Shown here: in pieces, positions 41,085-50,318 of the stretch
Layout: each line of letters starts with the position of its first letter
Position numbering within the stretch: the first letter of the stretch is position 1
Origin: Candidatus Bathyarchaeota archaeon
GTDB lineage: Archaea; Thermoproteota; Bathyarchaeia; Bathyarchaeales; Bathycorpusculaceae
NCBI GenBank assembly: GCA_963767735.1
Contig: CAVYES010000005.1
Coordinates: 320,001 to 384,000, forward strand
Reading direction: 5' to 3'
DNA: 64,000 bases
Notes under the pieces: model-generated
The model's database searches: none
Told to the model about the DNA's origin: nothing
What the model saw: the letters and a program-made list of their open reading frames with translations, nothing else
Position numbers and translations under genes: made by a program

Positions 41085-44081
41085 ATGCAAAAAATAAAAA
41101 GTAAAACTATGGCTATTCTTATTGCTTTATGCTTAACACTTTCAATGTCAGCTTCAATGATGCTTATACCAAACGCTAGTGCACATACACCTGCATGGCA
41201 GATTCCAACGTATGCCTACATTACTGGGATACCTAGCACTATAGGTGTCGGTCAGACAATAACTGTTTACATGTGGCTTGACCCTGTTTACGGAGCAGCT
41301 GGCGGAACAAGTGCCGTTATTTTAACGAATGGCTACACAGCCAGCACAGCATTGACAGCAAACAACTACAGATTCGATAACTACAAGCTTACCATCACAG
41401 CGCCAAACGGTGCAGTCTCAACCCAAACTTGGGCTGTTTGCTCAGACCCAACATCATCCGTGTTCACATCCTTCACTCCCACACAAGTCGGCACATACAA
41501 TCTAACCTTTAACTATCCAGGACAAGTCTATGGAGCAAATGGCAACGGCTACTCTGGTTCACCATTGGTTAACGATACTTACCTGGCAAGTAGCGCATCA
41601 ACAACACTTACTGTACAATCAACACCAATCGCCGCGCCCGTAACTAGCGAACCATTACCAACAAATTACTGGGCACGCCCAATATACGGTGAGAACACCA
41701 ACTGGTACACGATTTCGTCAAACTGGCTAGGCTCAGGTATGCCACAAATAGCAGGCTATACTAGCTCCTCAGTATACCACGGTGATGCAGTAGGATCTCT
41801 GACGGCTCATATCATGTGGACACTGCCGATTCAAGCGGGTGGAATTGTCGGAGGAAACGAGTACACTACTGCTACGGGAGTTGGCTACTTCGAGGGCTCT
41901 TGCTACATAGGAAGATTCTCCAATCCGATAATTGTAGACGGATACCTATACTTCAACGCACCATCATCATTCACGGGAGGCGCTGTTGGACCATTCGAGT
42001 GCGTTAATCTGCAAACAGGACAAATTGTTTGGTCTTCTAACGCTATACATTCGGTATCATTCGCTTACATCTATAACCTTTGGAATGGTGAACAGCACGG
42101 AGTTTTTCCGCCAATTCTGGTTTCAACTGCAGGAGGCGGTCTCACCGGTATGCCTTCGATGTGGACGCTTTGGGATGGATTCACAGGAGAGCAATTGTTC
42201 AACGTTACTAATGTTCCAGGATTTGCAGCACAAACAGGCCAAACCGTAGGAGGCCAGCCAGCCACGGCTCTCACAACCTCGACAGTAGCGGGCCCAAGCA
42301 GTGAAATATTAAAATATGTCTTTATGAACGACGGCACCGCCGCGAATCCTCAATGGTATTTGGCTCAGTGGAACTCGTCCGATCTATGGCAATACGATGT
42401 AAATCCATACACTTTCGGTGGAAGTCTGTCACCATCAATTGTTAATGCATCCAACGGGGTCCTTGTTTCATCTGCAGGCATTCCTCAAACAACTTTGGGC
42501 ACCACAGGTACCACGCCAACGGGAGGAAGCGTTTTCATCCCCTATGGTTCCACAATAACAGATAATGCATTCATCCCTCTTAACGCCACAACTATATACC
42601 CGGAGAACCTTGGTGCACGAACCACTTTTGACTGGAACGTTTCCGTACCATGGATTAACAACATGCCAATGCAGCCTACCTACCCCAGCCTCGGGGGGAC
42701 AGGGTCACCAATACCAACATTTATGCAAGGAACCGCTATCGGTGATTTCGCAGCAGGCGGAACATGTCCTGTAACGATAGTTGCAGCTAACTATGGCGAT
42801 GCTATGCTTTGCAGAAACGGTTCTCTACCAAGCGGTTTCACGACAACTATGGCTGGATACCCACAACTTCCCTACACCCTCTTCCTTGTCAACCTCAACG
42901 CAACTGTGGGTCCAATCGGTTCAATACTATGGATGAAGAACTATAACCCGCCAGCAGGAAACCTTACTGTCAGCATTCCCGCAGTCGACTGGCAGACACG
43001 TACCTTCCTCGAATATTATGACGAACTAGAGGAATTTACTGGATTCAGTCTGACTACAGGCGCACAGATATGGGGTCCAACTGCACCTATGGTTCCCCTG
43101 CAATACTATGATATTGGTTACGGCATTCTCGGTGCAGCGGCTTACGGCAACTACTACTGCGATAACATGGGAGGCGTATGCTACTGCTACAACGACTTGA
43201 CTGGAACTCTAGAGTGGACCTTCGGCAACGGTCCATCCGGCTCAGACAACAGCACTATGAGCTTGAGTTCTCCTTACGGTGAATATCCACAATACGTTGG
43301 ACCCATTTCTGGTAACGGAATAGTATACCTGATGTCCAATGAACACACAGTCACAGACCCGATTTACAAGGGCGCATTTTTAGCCGCTCTTAACGCCACT
43401 ACAGGACGAGAAATATGGACTCTTTCATGCTACGGCAGTATGGCTACCCCCGCACTCTCAGACGGCTATACAACATTCCTCAACGGTTACGACATGCAAA
43501 TCTACACTGTAGGCAGAGGACCCAGCGCAACCACAGTGCAAGCGCCACAGACCGCTATCACAGCAGGCAGCAACGTAGTAATACAGGGCACAGTGATGGA
43601 TACTTCCGCTGGCACACAACAATCAACGGTGAAAGCTGATTTTCCAAGTGGCGTTCCATGCGCATCTGATTCAAGCATGACTGACTGGATGGGCTACGTT
43701 TACCAGCAGCAAGCAGAACCAACTAACTTCACAGGTGTAACAGTAACATTGACAGCTATGGATCCCAACGGCAACTTCATCACCCTCGGCAGCGCTACAA
43801 CCGATGCAAAAGGCAACTTCATCTACTCATGGCAGGCTCCAAGCGTCCCAGGGAAATACACCGTCACCGCGACATTCGCTGGCACCAACGGTTACTGGGG
43901 TTCAAGCGCAGAAACCGGCATGACCGTACAAGCACCTTCGGCTACTTCGGCACCTACAGCTGCACCAGTATCGGGTCTAGCAACAATGTCAGGCCTAACT
44001 ATGGGAATCGCTGTTGTAATAATCGTTATGATAATTGCAATCGCCATAGTAGGCTTACTCCTGCTAAGAAAAAAGCCGTAA
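41085..44081 (+). CDS. Large secreted PQQ-like beta-propeller surface protein (paralog 2)
   Basis: Colinear with 37509-40430 (HTPAWQIPT, YMWLDPVYGAAGG, WMGYVYQQQ), TM + RKKP. Confidence 0.85.
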   Translation: MQKIKSKTMAILIALCLTLSMSASMMLIPNASAHTPAWQIPTYAYITGIPSTIGVGQTITVYMWLDPVYGAAGGTSAVILTNGYTASTALTANNYRFDNYKLTITAPNGAVSTQTWAVCSDPTSSVFTSFTPTQVGTYNLTFNYPGQVYGANGNGYSGSPLVNDTYLASSASTTLTVQSTPIAAPVTSEPLPTNYWARPIYGENTNWYTISSNWLGSGMPQIAGYTSSSVYHGDAVGSLTAHIMWTLPIQAGGIVGGNEYTTATGVGYFEGSCYIGRFSNPIIVDGYLYFNAPSSFTGGAVGPFECVNLQTGQIVWSSNAIHSVSFAYIYNLWNGEQHGVFPPILVSTAGGGLTGMPSMWTLWDGFTGEQLFNVTNVPGFAAQTGQTVGGQPATALTTSTVAGPSSEILKYVFMNDGTAANPQWYLAQWNSSDLWQYDVNPYTFGGSLSPSIVNASNGVLVSSAGIPQTTLGTTGTTPTGGSVFIPYGSTITDNAFIPLNATTIYPENLGARTTFDWNVSVPWINNMPMQPTYPSLGGTGSPIPTFMQGTAIGDFAAGGTCPVTIVAANYGDAMLCRNGSLPSGFTTTMAGYPQLPYTLFLVNLNATVGPIGSILWMKNYNPPAGNLTVSIPAVDWQTRTFLEYYDELEEFTGFSLTTGAQIWGPTAPMVPLQYYDIGYGILGAAAYGNYYCDNMGGVCYCYNDLTGTLEWTFGNGPSGSDNSTMSLSSPYGEYPQYVGPISGNGIVYLMSNEHTVTDPIYKGAFLAALNATTGREIWTLSCYGSMATPALSDGYTTFLNGYDMQIYTVGRGPSATTVQAPQTAITAGSNVVIQGTVMDTSAGTQQSTVKADFPSGVPCASDSSMTDWMGYVYQQQAEPTNFTGVTVTLTAMDPNGNFITLGSATTDAKGNFIYSWQAPSVPGKYTVTATFAGTNGYWGSSAETGMTVQAPSATSAPTAAPVSGLATMSGLTMGIAVVIIVMIIAIAIVGLLLLRKKP

Positions 44082-44154
44082 AAACATAACAATAAAACAA
44101 CCACAATCCCTCCTTCCCTTTTTTTAGTCTTTAGAAAGCAGCGAGAAAAGAAGT

Positions 44155-44255
44155 GGCTGAGAAAGCTCTGGTTAATCACGATTTACGTAATCGCTCAGTA
44201 TCGTGATAGGCATTGCATTTGCCTTCTTTTCTCCTTTAAAAGTTCGAGAGCTTCT
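44155..44255 (+). other. Conserved structured non-coding element (copy 2)
   Basis: AAGCTCT/AGAGCTT closing stem, ATCACGAT/ATCGTGAT hairpin, AGGCA/TGCCT hairpin. Confidence 0.6.
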
Positions 44256-44334
44256 GCAAACCCCAAATGCTTTGGAATGTCCGCTAATCTCTCAATTCTC
44301 TTTTTTTAGGAAAGGAGGCTTAATATTTTCAAAG

Positions 44335-44408
44335 TGGACTGGGGGGGATTTGAACCCCCGACCTCTTGAGTGCAAGTCAAGCGTTCATACCAGCTGAACT
44401 ACCAGCCC
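44335..44408 (-). tRNA. tRNA-Ala(UGC)
   Basis: GGGCTGG...CTTGA-CTTGCAC-TCAAG...GGGGGTTCAAATCCCCC CCAGTCCA cloverleaf; G3:U70 Ala identity pair. Confidence 0.97.
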
Positions 44409-44542
44409 TAGCTTTCCAATTGATTAACCGTTCAATGATATTTAGCTTTTGTTCGTGCAAAAGCAGGGCTAACGCAGAAAAATAATAAAAAACATAAAAA
44501 AAATAATTAATAAACTGGAGATTTATGGGTTACGCGGTTAGC

Positions 44543-44689
44543 TTAATATCGTCTTGGCGATCTTGCTGGTCGTTTCTTAGCAAAGCATTCTCGGCAATAA
44601 ACTGGCCTGCTTGGGTCAGGTTTGAATGGAACTTCACATTCCTTTCCACATTCAGCACAAGTTGCCTTATGCATTTCCTTCTCGGACAC
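44543..44689 (-). CDS. CxxC-x17-CxxC small zinc-binding protein (48 aa, absent from ORF track)
   Basis: MSEKEMHKATCAECGKECEVPFKPDPSRPVYCRECFAKK; GTG start. Confidence 0.92.
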   Translation of the reverse strand: MSEKEMHKATCAECGKECEVPFKPDPSRPVYCRECFAKKRPARSPRRY

Positions 44690-44909
44690 TACTTTTCAAC
44701 TCCTTCTATCTGTTTATTGTGCAAAACTGCTTCTTGCACCACGATTTATGCAACGCATTGACGCATATAAAATTTATCGTCAAACAAAGAGCCCTAACCG
44801 CTTTGCTAAAAGCTTGCTCCTGATTGGCTTTTCAAAAAGCAGCTTACAATTTTTTTAAAAAAGTTATATGCTAAAGCGCTGCATAAGTCATCAGATTGGA
44901 GGCTTAAAT

Positions 44910-45395
44910 TTGGAGTTAAAAACTGTTAAAATTGACCCCCCGAAAGACTGCAACATCATTTTAGGCATGGCTCACTTCATAAAAACCGCTGAAGACCTCT
45001 ATGAAGCCATGGTTAACTCTGTTCCAGACATTAAATTTGGCATAGGTTTCTGCGAGAGTTCAGGACCATGCTTGGTTAGGCATGAAGGAAACGATGTAGA
45101 ACTGCGACAACTGGCAGCTGAGAAAGCCTTTGAAATTGCATGCGGGCACAGCTTTCTCATTTACCTAAAAAATGCTTATCCGTTAAACGTTCTCGACAAA
45201 ATCAAGAAGGCACCCGAAGTATGCACCATTTACGCCGCCTCCGCTAACCCGCTCGAAGTAATAATTGCTGAAACCGCTCAGGGAAGAGGCATCATCGGCG
45301 TTGTTGACGGCTCAAAAAGTAAAGGCATAGAAACGGACGCTGACATCAAGGAGCGTCGGCAGTTCCTGCGGAAAATCGGCTACAAACTAGGCTAA
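44910..45395 (+). CDS. Adenosine-specific kinase family (DUF355/COG1839)
   Basis: [34 protein letters not shown]. Confidence 0.9.
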   Translation: MELKTVKIDPPKDCNIILGMAHFIKTAEDLYEAMVNSVPDIKFGIGFCESSGPCLVRHEGNDVELRQLAAEKAFEIACGHSFLIYLKNAYPLNVLDKIKKAPEVCTIYAASANPLEVIIAETAQGRGIIGVVDGSKSKGIETDADIKERRQFLRKIGYKLG

Positions 45396-45401
45396 CAACA
45401 A

Positions 45402-46370
45402 TTATTTTTCTGAAGCTATTATGCCCTTCAACAGGTAGTCGTCGATGTTTCCGCCAGATACAACTATAGCAACGGTTTGCCCAATGAATGAATCATTGTT
45501 TTCCAAAAGCATTGCGACGCCTGCCACGCCCGAACCTTCCACTGTTTGCTTTTCGTTTTTCCAAAGCAGATAAACCGCTTGCCTAATCGTTTCTTCTCTC
45601 ACCAGCATTACTTCGTCAACGTACTGTTGCGCTAAGTCGAATGTGATGGAGCCTTTCTCGATGCCTCCCGATAAGCCTTCAGCAATGGTGTATCGTTCAT
45701 GTCTGTGTGGAGGAACAATTTTGCCAGCCTTCAAAGACTCGTACATGATAGGCACAGCTGCGGATTGTACCCCGATAACCTGCACGTTAGGTCTTAGGCT
45801 TTTAACAGCTACGCTTATGCCTCCAATCAAGCCTCCTCCACCAACCGGCACAACAACAACGTCAACATTTGGGAGTTCCTTGAGAATTTCTAATCCGATG
45901 GTTCCGTGTCCAGCCACGATTAACTCGTCATTGTAGGGGGAAATGTAGAGGCGACCAGTTTGTGTCGCAATTTCTTTAGCTTTCCTTTCAGCCTCAGGGT
46001 ACGTTCCACCGAACAACAAAAGGTCGGCGCCGTACTGTTTTATGCCATCCACTTTAATTTTGGGCGTATTGGTGGGCACTACGATTTGCGCTGAAAAGCC
46101 AAGTTTTTGGGCACCATATGCTACTGCTTGACCATGATTCCCCGCTGAAGCCGTCACCACCCCTCTGGCTTTTTCTTCAGGTGAGAGGCTCAGCAGCTTG
46201 TTTATTACTCCGCGAATTTTGAAGGAGTGCGTTACCTGCTGGTTTTCCAGCTTCAAAAAAACGTTGCAATGGCACTGCTCGCTTAGAAACTTTGAACGAG
46301 CCAAAACGGTTGAAACAGCGTATGGTGCAATAGTTTTTTGCGCTTGCTCGATATCTCGAAGTGTAACCAT
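45402..46370 (-). CDS. ilvA: Threonine/serine dehydratase (PLP)
   Basis: KLENQQVTHSFKIRG, ASAGNHG, PVGGGGL, SGGN. Confidence 0.88.
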   Translation of the reverse strand: MVTLRDIEQAQKTIAPYAVSTVLARSKFLSEQCHCNVFLKLENQQVTHSFKIRGVINKLLSLSPEEKARGVVTASAGNHGQAVAYGAQKLGFSAQIVVPTNTPKIKVDGIKQYGADLLLFGGTYPEAERKAKEIATQTGRLYISPYNDELIVAGHGTIGLEILKELPNVDVVVVPVGGGGLIGGISVAVKSLRPNVQVIGVQSAAVPIMYESLKAGKIVPPHRHERYTIAEGLSGGIEKGSITFDLAQQYVDEVMLVREETIRQAVYLLWKNEKQTVEGSGVAGVAMLLENNDSFIGQTVAIVVSGGNIDDYLLKGIIASEK

Positions 46371-46479
46371 GATTTCATCGCCTAAGAAACCGTTAACTTA
46401 CCTGTTAAGTTAAGAACCATAAACTATTTTAGCTTACTTAAGAATCAAACCTTAACAGCGTTACGTTACTGGTGTTTTT

Positions 46480-47325
46480 ATGAGTTTAGAGAGAAATATA
46501 GCTCAAATTGAAGATTACAGGAAACAACAATCCAAGCAGCAGCAGAACCTAAAAGATAGAATGGGCAAAATTAAACATAAAATCGCCGTCATAAGCGGGA
46601 AAGGCGGAGTTGGAAAAAGCACCGTAACCGTTAACCTCGCCGCCGCTTTCGCACAGAAAGGTTTCAAAGTTGGCGTTTTGGATGCGGATATTCATGGGCC
46701 AAGCGTTCCGAGGCTTTTGGGTTTAGAAGGCAAACAGGTTAAGTATGGTCCCCCGGGCGCTTTCCCCGTTGATGGACCATTCGGTTTGAAGGTTATGTCG
46801 ATTGATTTCTTTTTGCCTGAACAGGCGCCCACAATTTGGCGTGGACCATTAAAAATGAGAGCGATCCGCCAGTTTTTGGCTGATATCGTTTGGGGAGAAC
46901 TGGATTTTCTCTTCATTGATTTGCCCCCTGGAACAGGCGATGAACCCCTCAGTATTGCTCAACTGCTGCCTGACCTCGACGGCGTGGTAATCGTCACGAT
47001 GCCTTCACAGTTGTCAAGTTCAATTGTTAAAAAAGCAATAACTTTCGCTGAAAGATTAAACATGCCAATAATCGGCGTCGTGGAGAACATGAGCGGCTTT
47101 ATCTGTCCACACTGCGGAGAAAAAACTGAAATATTCCAATCCGGTGGAGGCGAAAAGATGGCTCAAGAAGCTGGCGTTCCCTTTCTCGGAAGCATTCCAA
47201 TTGATCCCAAAATAGGCGTGGACTCCGACAAGGGGCATCCTTTTGTAGCCGCGGATAAGGATTCTGCTGCGGCGAAAGCCTTCATGGAAATTGTCAAGAA
47301 AGTTGAGGCATACCTGAAAAAATAA
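46480..47325 (+). CDS. mrp: Mrp/NBP35 Fe-S cluster carrier ATPase
   Basis: SGKGGVGKS, DADIHGPS, DLPPGTGD, ENMSGFICPHC. Confidence 0.95.
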   Translation: MSLERNIAQIEDYRKQQSKQQQNLKDRMGKIKHKIAVISGKGGVGKSTVTVNLAAAFAQKGFKVGVLDADIHGPSVPRLLGLEGKQVKYGPPGAFPVDGPFGLKVMSIDFFLPEQAPTIWRGPLKMRAIRQFLADIVWGELDFLFIDLPPGTGDEPLSIAQLLPDLDGVVIVTMPSQLSSSIVKKAITFAERLNMPIIGVVENMSGFICPHCGEKTEIFQSGGGEKMAQEAGVPFLGSIPIDPKIGVDSDKGHPFVAADKDSAAAKAFMEIVKKVEAYLKK

Positions 47326-47393
47326 CTGCGACATTTTGATATGTAAAAAGTTTGGAGAGCTTAAAACTCCCAGGTTAATTGCTGTGGGTCAAG

Positions 47394-47693
47394 CTACATT
47401 TTTGTCAAAGTGATTTCTATCGTTGAAACCATTCTTGACCTATTTTCGCCCTCTCTTGGTGGCATCTCTACTGTTCCGATTGCGATTTTTGTCACTTTGA
47501 GGTCTTTTAGGAACCGGCTTCTTGTTATTTCTGCAACGTCAACTGCGGTAGTTATTGCTTGTCCTCTTGCTTTTAGGGTTATTTCTTTTTCTATCCCTGA
47601 AGAGAATGCCGTTATGATAGCTAGCACATAGCTCATTGGTGGTTTGTTTCCAACGAAGATTACATCATTTGGTTTTTCTGCCATATATATCAC
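47394..47693 (-). CDS. albA: DNA/RNA-binding protein Alba
   Basis: VGNKPPMSYVLA, KARGQAITTAVDVAE, VSTIEI. Confidence 0.95.
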   Translation of the reverse strand: MIYMAEKPNDVIFVGNKPPMSYVLAIITAFSSGIEKEITLKARGQAITTAVDVAEITRSRFLKDLKVTKIAIGTVEMPPREGENRSRMVSTIEITLTKM

Positions 47694-47897
47694 TCCTTTT
47701 TATTGTTAATTGCGGTAGTACTGCATAACAACGCTAAACTTCCTTATAAACGCAATTAAGCAACCCGATATATGCGGTAACGCTAAACCAAAAAACAACC
47801 CCATACACTTTGTAAACAAAGCCTACCAATGCATATCCAGCAAATCCATCAGCAAACATGGAATCACGCAAAAGCGGTATAGTTTTATACCTCAACC

Positions 47898-48698
47898 TTG
47901 AAGGAAGAATACAAGCCGGAGCCTTATTTCATGTCAGTGTCGCCTAGCCTCAGAGAAGTTTTAGGAAGAAGAATTGCTGGAGAAATAATTCTTTCAGGCA
48001 AACCGGGCGCTACCATGCGGAAGTGGCGTGAGCTTTTTGCAGTTTCTCAACTGACCCTCTCCGAAACGATGGGGCTTTCGTCCTCGGTTATAAGTGATTA
48101 TGAAAGTGGGCGAAGAAAGAGTCCGGGCGCCAAATTCATCCGCAGGTTCGTGCTTTCGCTTTTGCAGATTGACGAGGGAAAAGGCAGCCGCTTCATCCGA
48201 GAATTTGCGAAGCTCACCAGTTCGCCAAGCATGGCTGTTGTGGATTTACGTGAGTTTCCCATTCCGGTCAGAATTGAATACCTGTGCCGAGCAATCGGCG
48301 GCGAAGTAGTAGCTTGCAAAGAAAAGTACGTTAAAGAAGTCAACGGGTACACGGTCATTGATAGCACAAAAGCTGTTGAGGCGTATTCTGGTTCGGAGTA
48401 CGCGCAGCTATTTGGAGCAAGCACTGATCGAGCGTTGATTTTCACAAATGTGGAAGACGGATGCTTGCCCATGATGATTGTGCGCGTCAGCAGCCTAAAA
48501 CCGCGAATTGTTGTTTTTCACAAAACCCAGCCTGACGCCGAAGCCATACGCATAGCAGAATACGAGCAAATCCCCCTCATCTACTCAACGGCACCCAATG
48601 TCGAGCAACTGGTAAAATCCCTGCGGAAACTGTACCGCATAGCACTGCGTATAAAACTTGGCAGACGAGTGCGTCCACCGCCAAAAATAACCGCATAA
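47898..48698 (+). CDS. XRE-type HTH transcriptional regulator (COG1709)
   Basis: RIAGEIILS, MRKWRE, SVISDYESGRRKSPG, RALIFTNV. Confidence 0.88.
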   Translation: MKEEYKPEPYFMSVSPSLREVLGRRIAGEIILSGKPGATMRKWRELFAVSQLTLSETMGLSSSVISDYESGRRKSPGAKFIRRFVLSLLQIDEGKGSRFIREFAKLTSSPSMAVVDLREFPIPVRIEYLCRAIGGEVVACKEKYVKEVNGYTVIDSTKAVEAYSGSEYAQLFGASTDRALIFTNVEDGCLPMMIVRVSSLKPRIVVFHKTQPDAEAIRIAEYEQIPLIYSTAPNVEQLVKSLRKLYRIALRIKLGRRVRPPPKITA

Positions 48699-48722
48699 AA
48701 AGGCTCTTTTGAAAAAAAGTTA

Positions 48723-50198
48723 TTATTTGTTTTTGTTGTTGTAGTCTGTTGTTAGCACGTTCATGGCGCTTAGCACTGCTTCCATGCTGGCTTTTACTAT
48801 GTCTTCGCGTACTCCTGTTGCTGTTACGGTTCGGTTTCCTTTGCGCATGCGCACGACGACTTCAACCATAGCGTCTGTGCCGCCGGTGATGGCTTTAACC
48901 ATGTACTGCTCCAGCGTGATGGGTTCGACTTCGGCTATGGCGTTTTTGACTGCATTTATTGCTGCGTCAACTGGTCCAACGCCGACCGCAGCGCCCCAAA
49001 CAACCTTGCCGTTCAGCGATAGACGCACGGACGCGGTTGCGGTAACTTTGTCACCACCGACAAAAGTCATTTCCTCAAGCCTTATCGATTTAGCCTTGCT
49101 TAAGCCCATAACGGCTTCGGCGATTGCCAGGACGTCTGCATCCAAGACTGTTTTGCCTTTGTCACCTAATTTTTTGATGCGCTGGAAAATTTCTTTAAAT
49201 TGTTCCTCAGATGGCTTAAGCCCCATGTTTTCTAAGTCTGCTCTGATGGCATGTGACCCTGAATGTTTTCCTGCAGATATGCGGCGAGTTGCACCAACCA
49301 ACTCGGGGGCAATCGGCTCATAGGTCAATGGGTTAACCAGCATTCCTTGAGTGTGTATTCCTGATTCGTGGGTGAAAGCGTTTTCGCCGACGATTGCCTT
49401 GTTGGGTTGTACGTGAACTCCGGTTAACCTTGAAACCAGCTGGGATGTGCCATAGATCAGTTCAGTTTTTATGTTTAAATCAAGTTTGTAGAGTGATCTG
49501 AGTGTAAGAACTATTTCTTCCAGTGAAGCGTTTCCTGCCCGTTCACCCAGCCCATTAATCGTTGCATGCACCTCTTCAGCACCCGCACCTAAAGCGGCAA
49601 CGGTGTTGGCGACAGCCATGCCGAAATCGTTGTGGCAGTGCACACCTATTGGAACTTTTATGATTTCTTTTAGTTTAGAGAAGAACTCGGCTGACCGCTC
49701 AGGAGTCAAGATGCCCACAGTATCACAGGGGACAACTCTGTCTACTCCAGCCTCAACCGCTATATGGAACGTCTCAGCTAGGAAATCAAAATCAGACCGA
49801 GTTGCGTCCTCAGCTAAAAACTCCACGATTAAGCCGTGATCTTTAGCGTACCTGACGCATTCATCTGTGACTTTGAGCATTTGTTGGCGTGTTTTGCGGA
49901 GTTTGCACTCTATGTGCAGGTCAGATGTTGGGATAATCATGCTTATAGTTGAAGCGCCGCTTTTTACTACGGCGTCGATGTCACTTTTTGTTCCTCTTGC
50001 GGCACTTGAGATTTGAGCCCTCAAACCCTGCTTAGCGATGAGGCTGACGGCTTCCATTTCGCCTTCGGAAACAGCGGCGAACCCCGCCTCGATAAAGTCG
50101 ACGCCGAGCTCGTCTAAGCGTTGAGCAATTCTTAATTTGCTTTCAGGTACAAGTGATACTCCGGGTGTTTGTTCACCATCGCGGAGGGTGGTGTCCAA
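48723..50198 (-). CDS. 2-isopropylmalate / (R)-citramalate synthase family
   Basis: DTTLRDGEQ, HCHNDFG, GLGERAGN, HESGIH, C-terminal regulatory domain; leuA versus cimA not resolved; real start probably further upstream. Confidence 0.92.
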   Translation of the reverse strand: MDTTLRDGEQTPGVSLVPESKLRIAQRLDELGVDFIEAGFAAVSEGEMEAVSLIAKQGLRAQISSAARGTKSDIDAVVKSGASTISMIIPTSDLHIECKLRKTRQQMLKVTDECVRYAKDHGLIVEFLAEDATRSDFDFLAETFHIAVEAGVDRVVPCDTVGILTPERSAEFFSKLKEIIKVPIGVHCHNDFGMAVANTVAALGAGAEEVHATINGLGERAGNASLEEIVLTLRSLYKLDLNIKTELIYGTSQLVSRLTGVHVQPNKAIVGENAFTHESGIHTQGMLVNPLTYEPIAPELVGATRRISAGKHSGSHAIRADLENMGLKPSEEQFKEIFQRIKKLGDKGKTVLDADVLAIAEAVMGLSKAKSIRLEEMTFVGGDKVTATASVRLSLNGKVVWGAAVGVGPVDAAINAVKNAIAEVEPITLEQYMVKAITGGTDAMVEVVVRMRKGNRTVTATGVREDIVKASMEAVLSAMNVLTTDYNNKNK

Positions 50199-50318
50199 AA
50201 ATTTTACGAGTTTAGGGAAGCGGTTGAATAAAGCAATACCCCACTTAAATCACATCTCTTTTCAAGGCGTCACGCTTAAATATAAAATTATTGGTGTCTT
50301 AACTGAGCAAAGAGGTTA

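Noticed and set aside
37509-44081. Diversity-generating retroelement TR/VR pair
   Set aside because: No reverse transcriptase, and differences between the paralogs are not adenine-specific.
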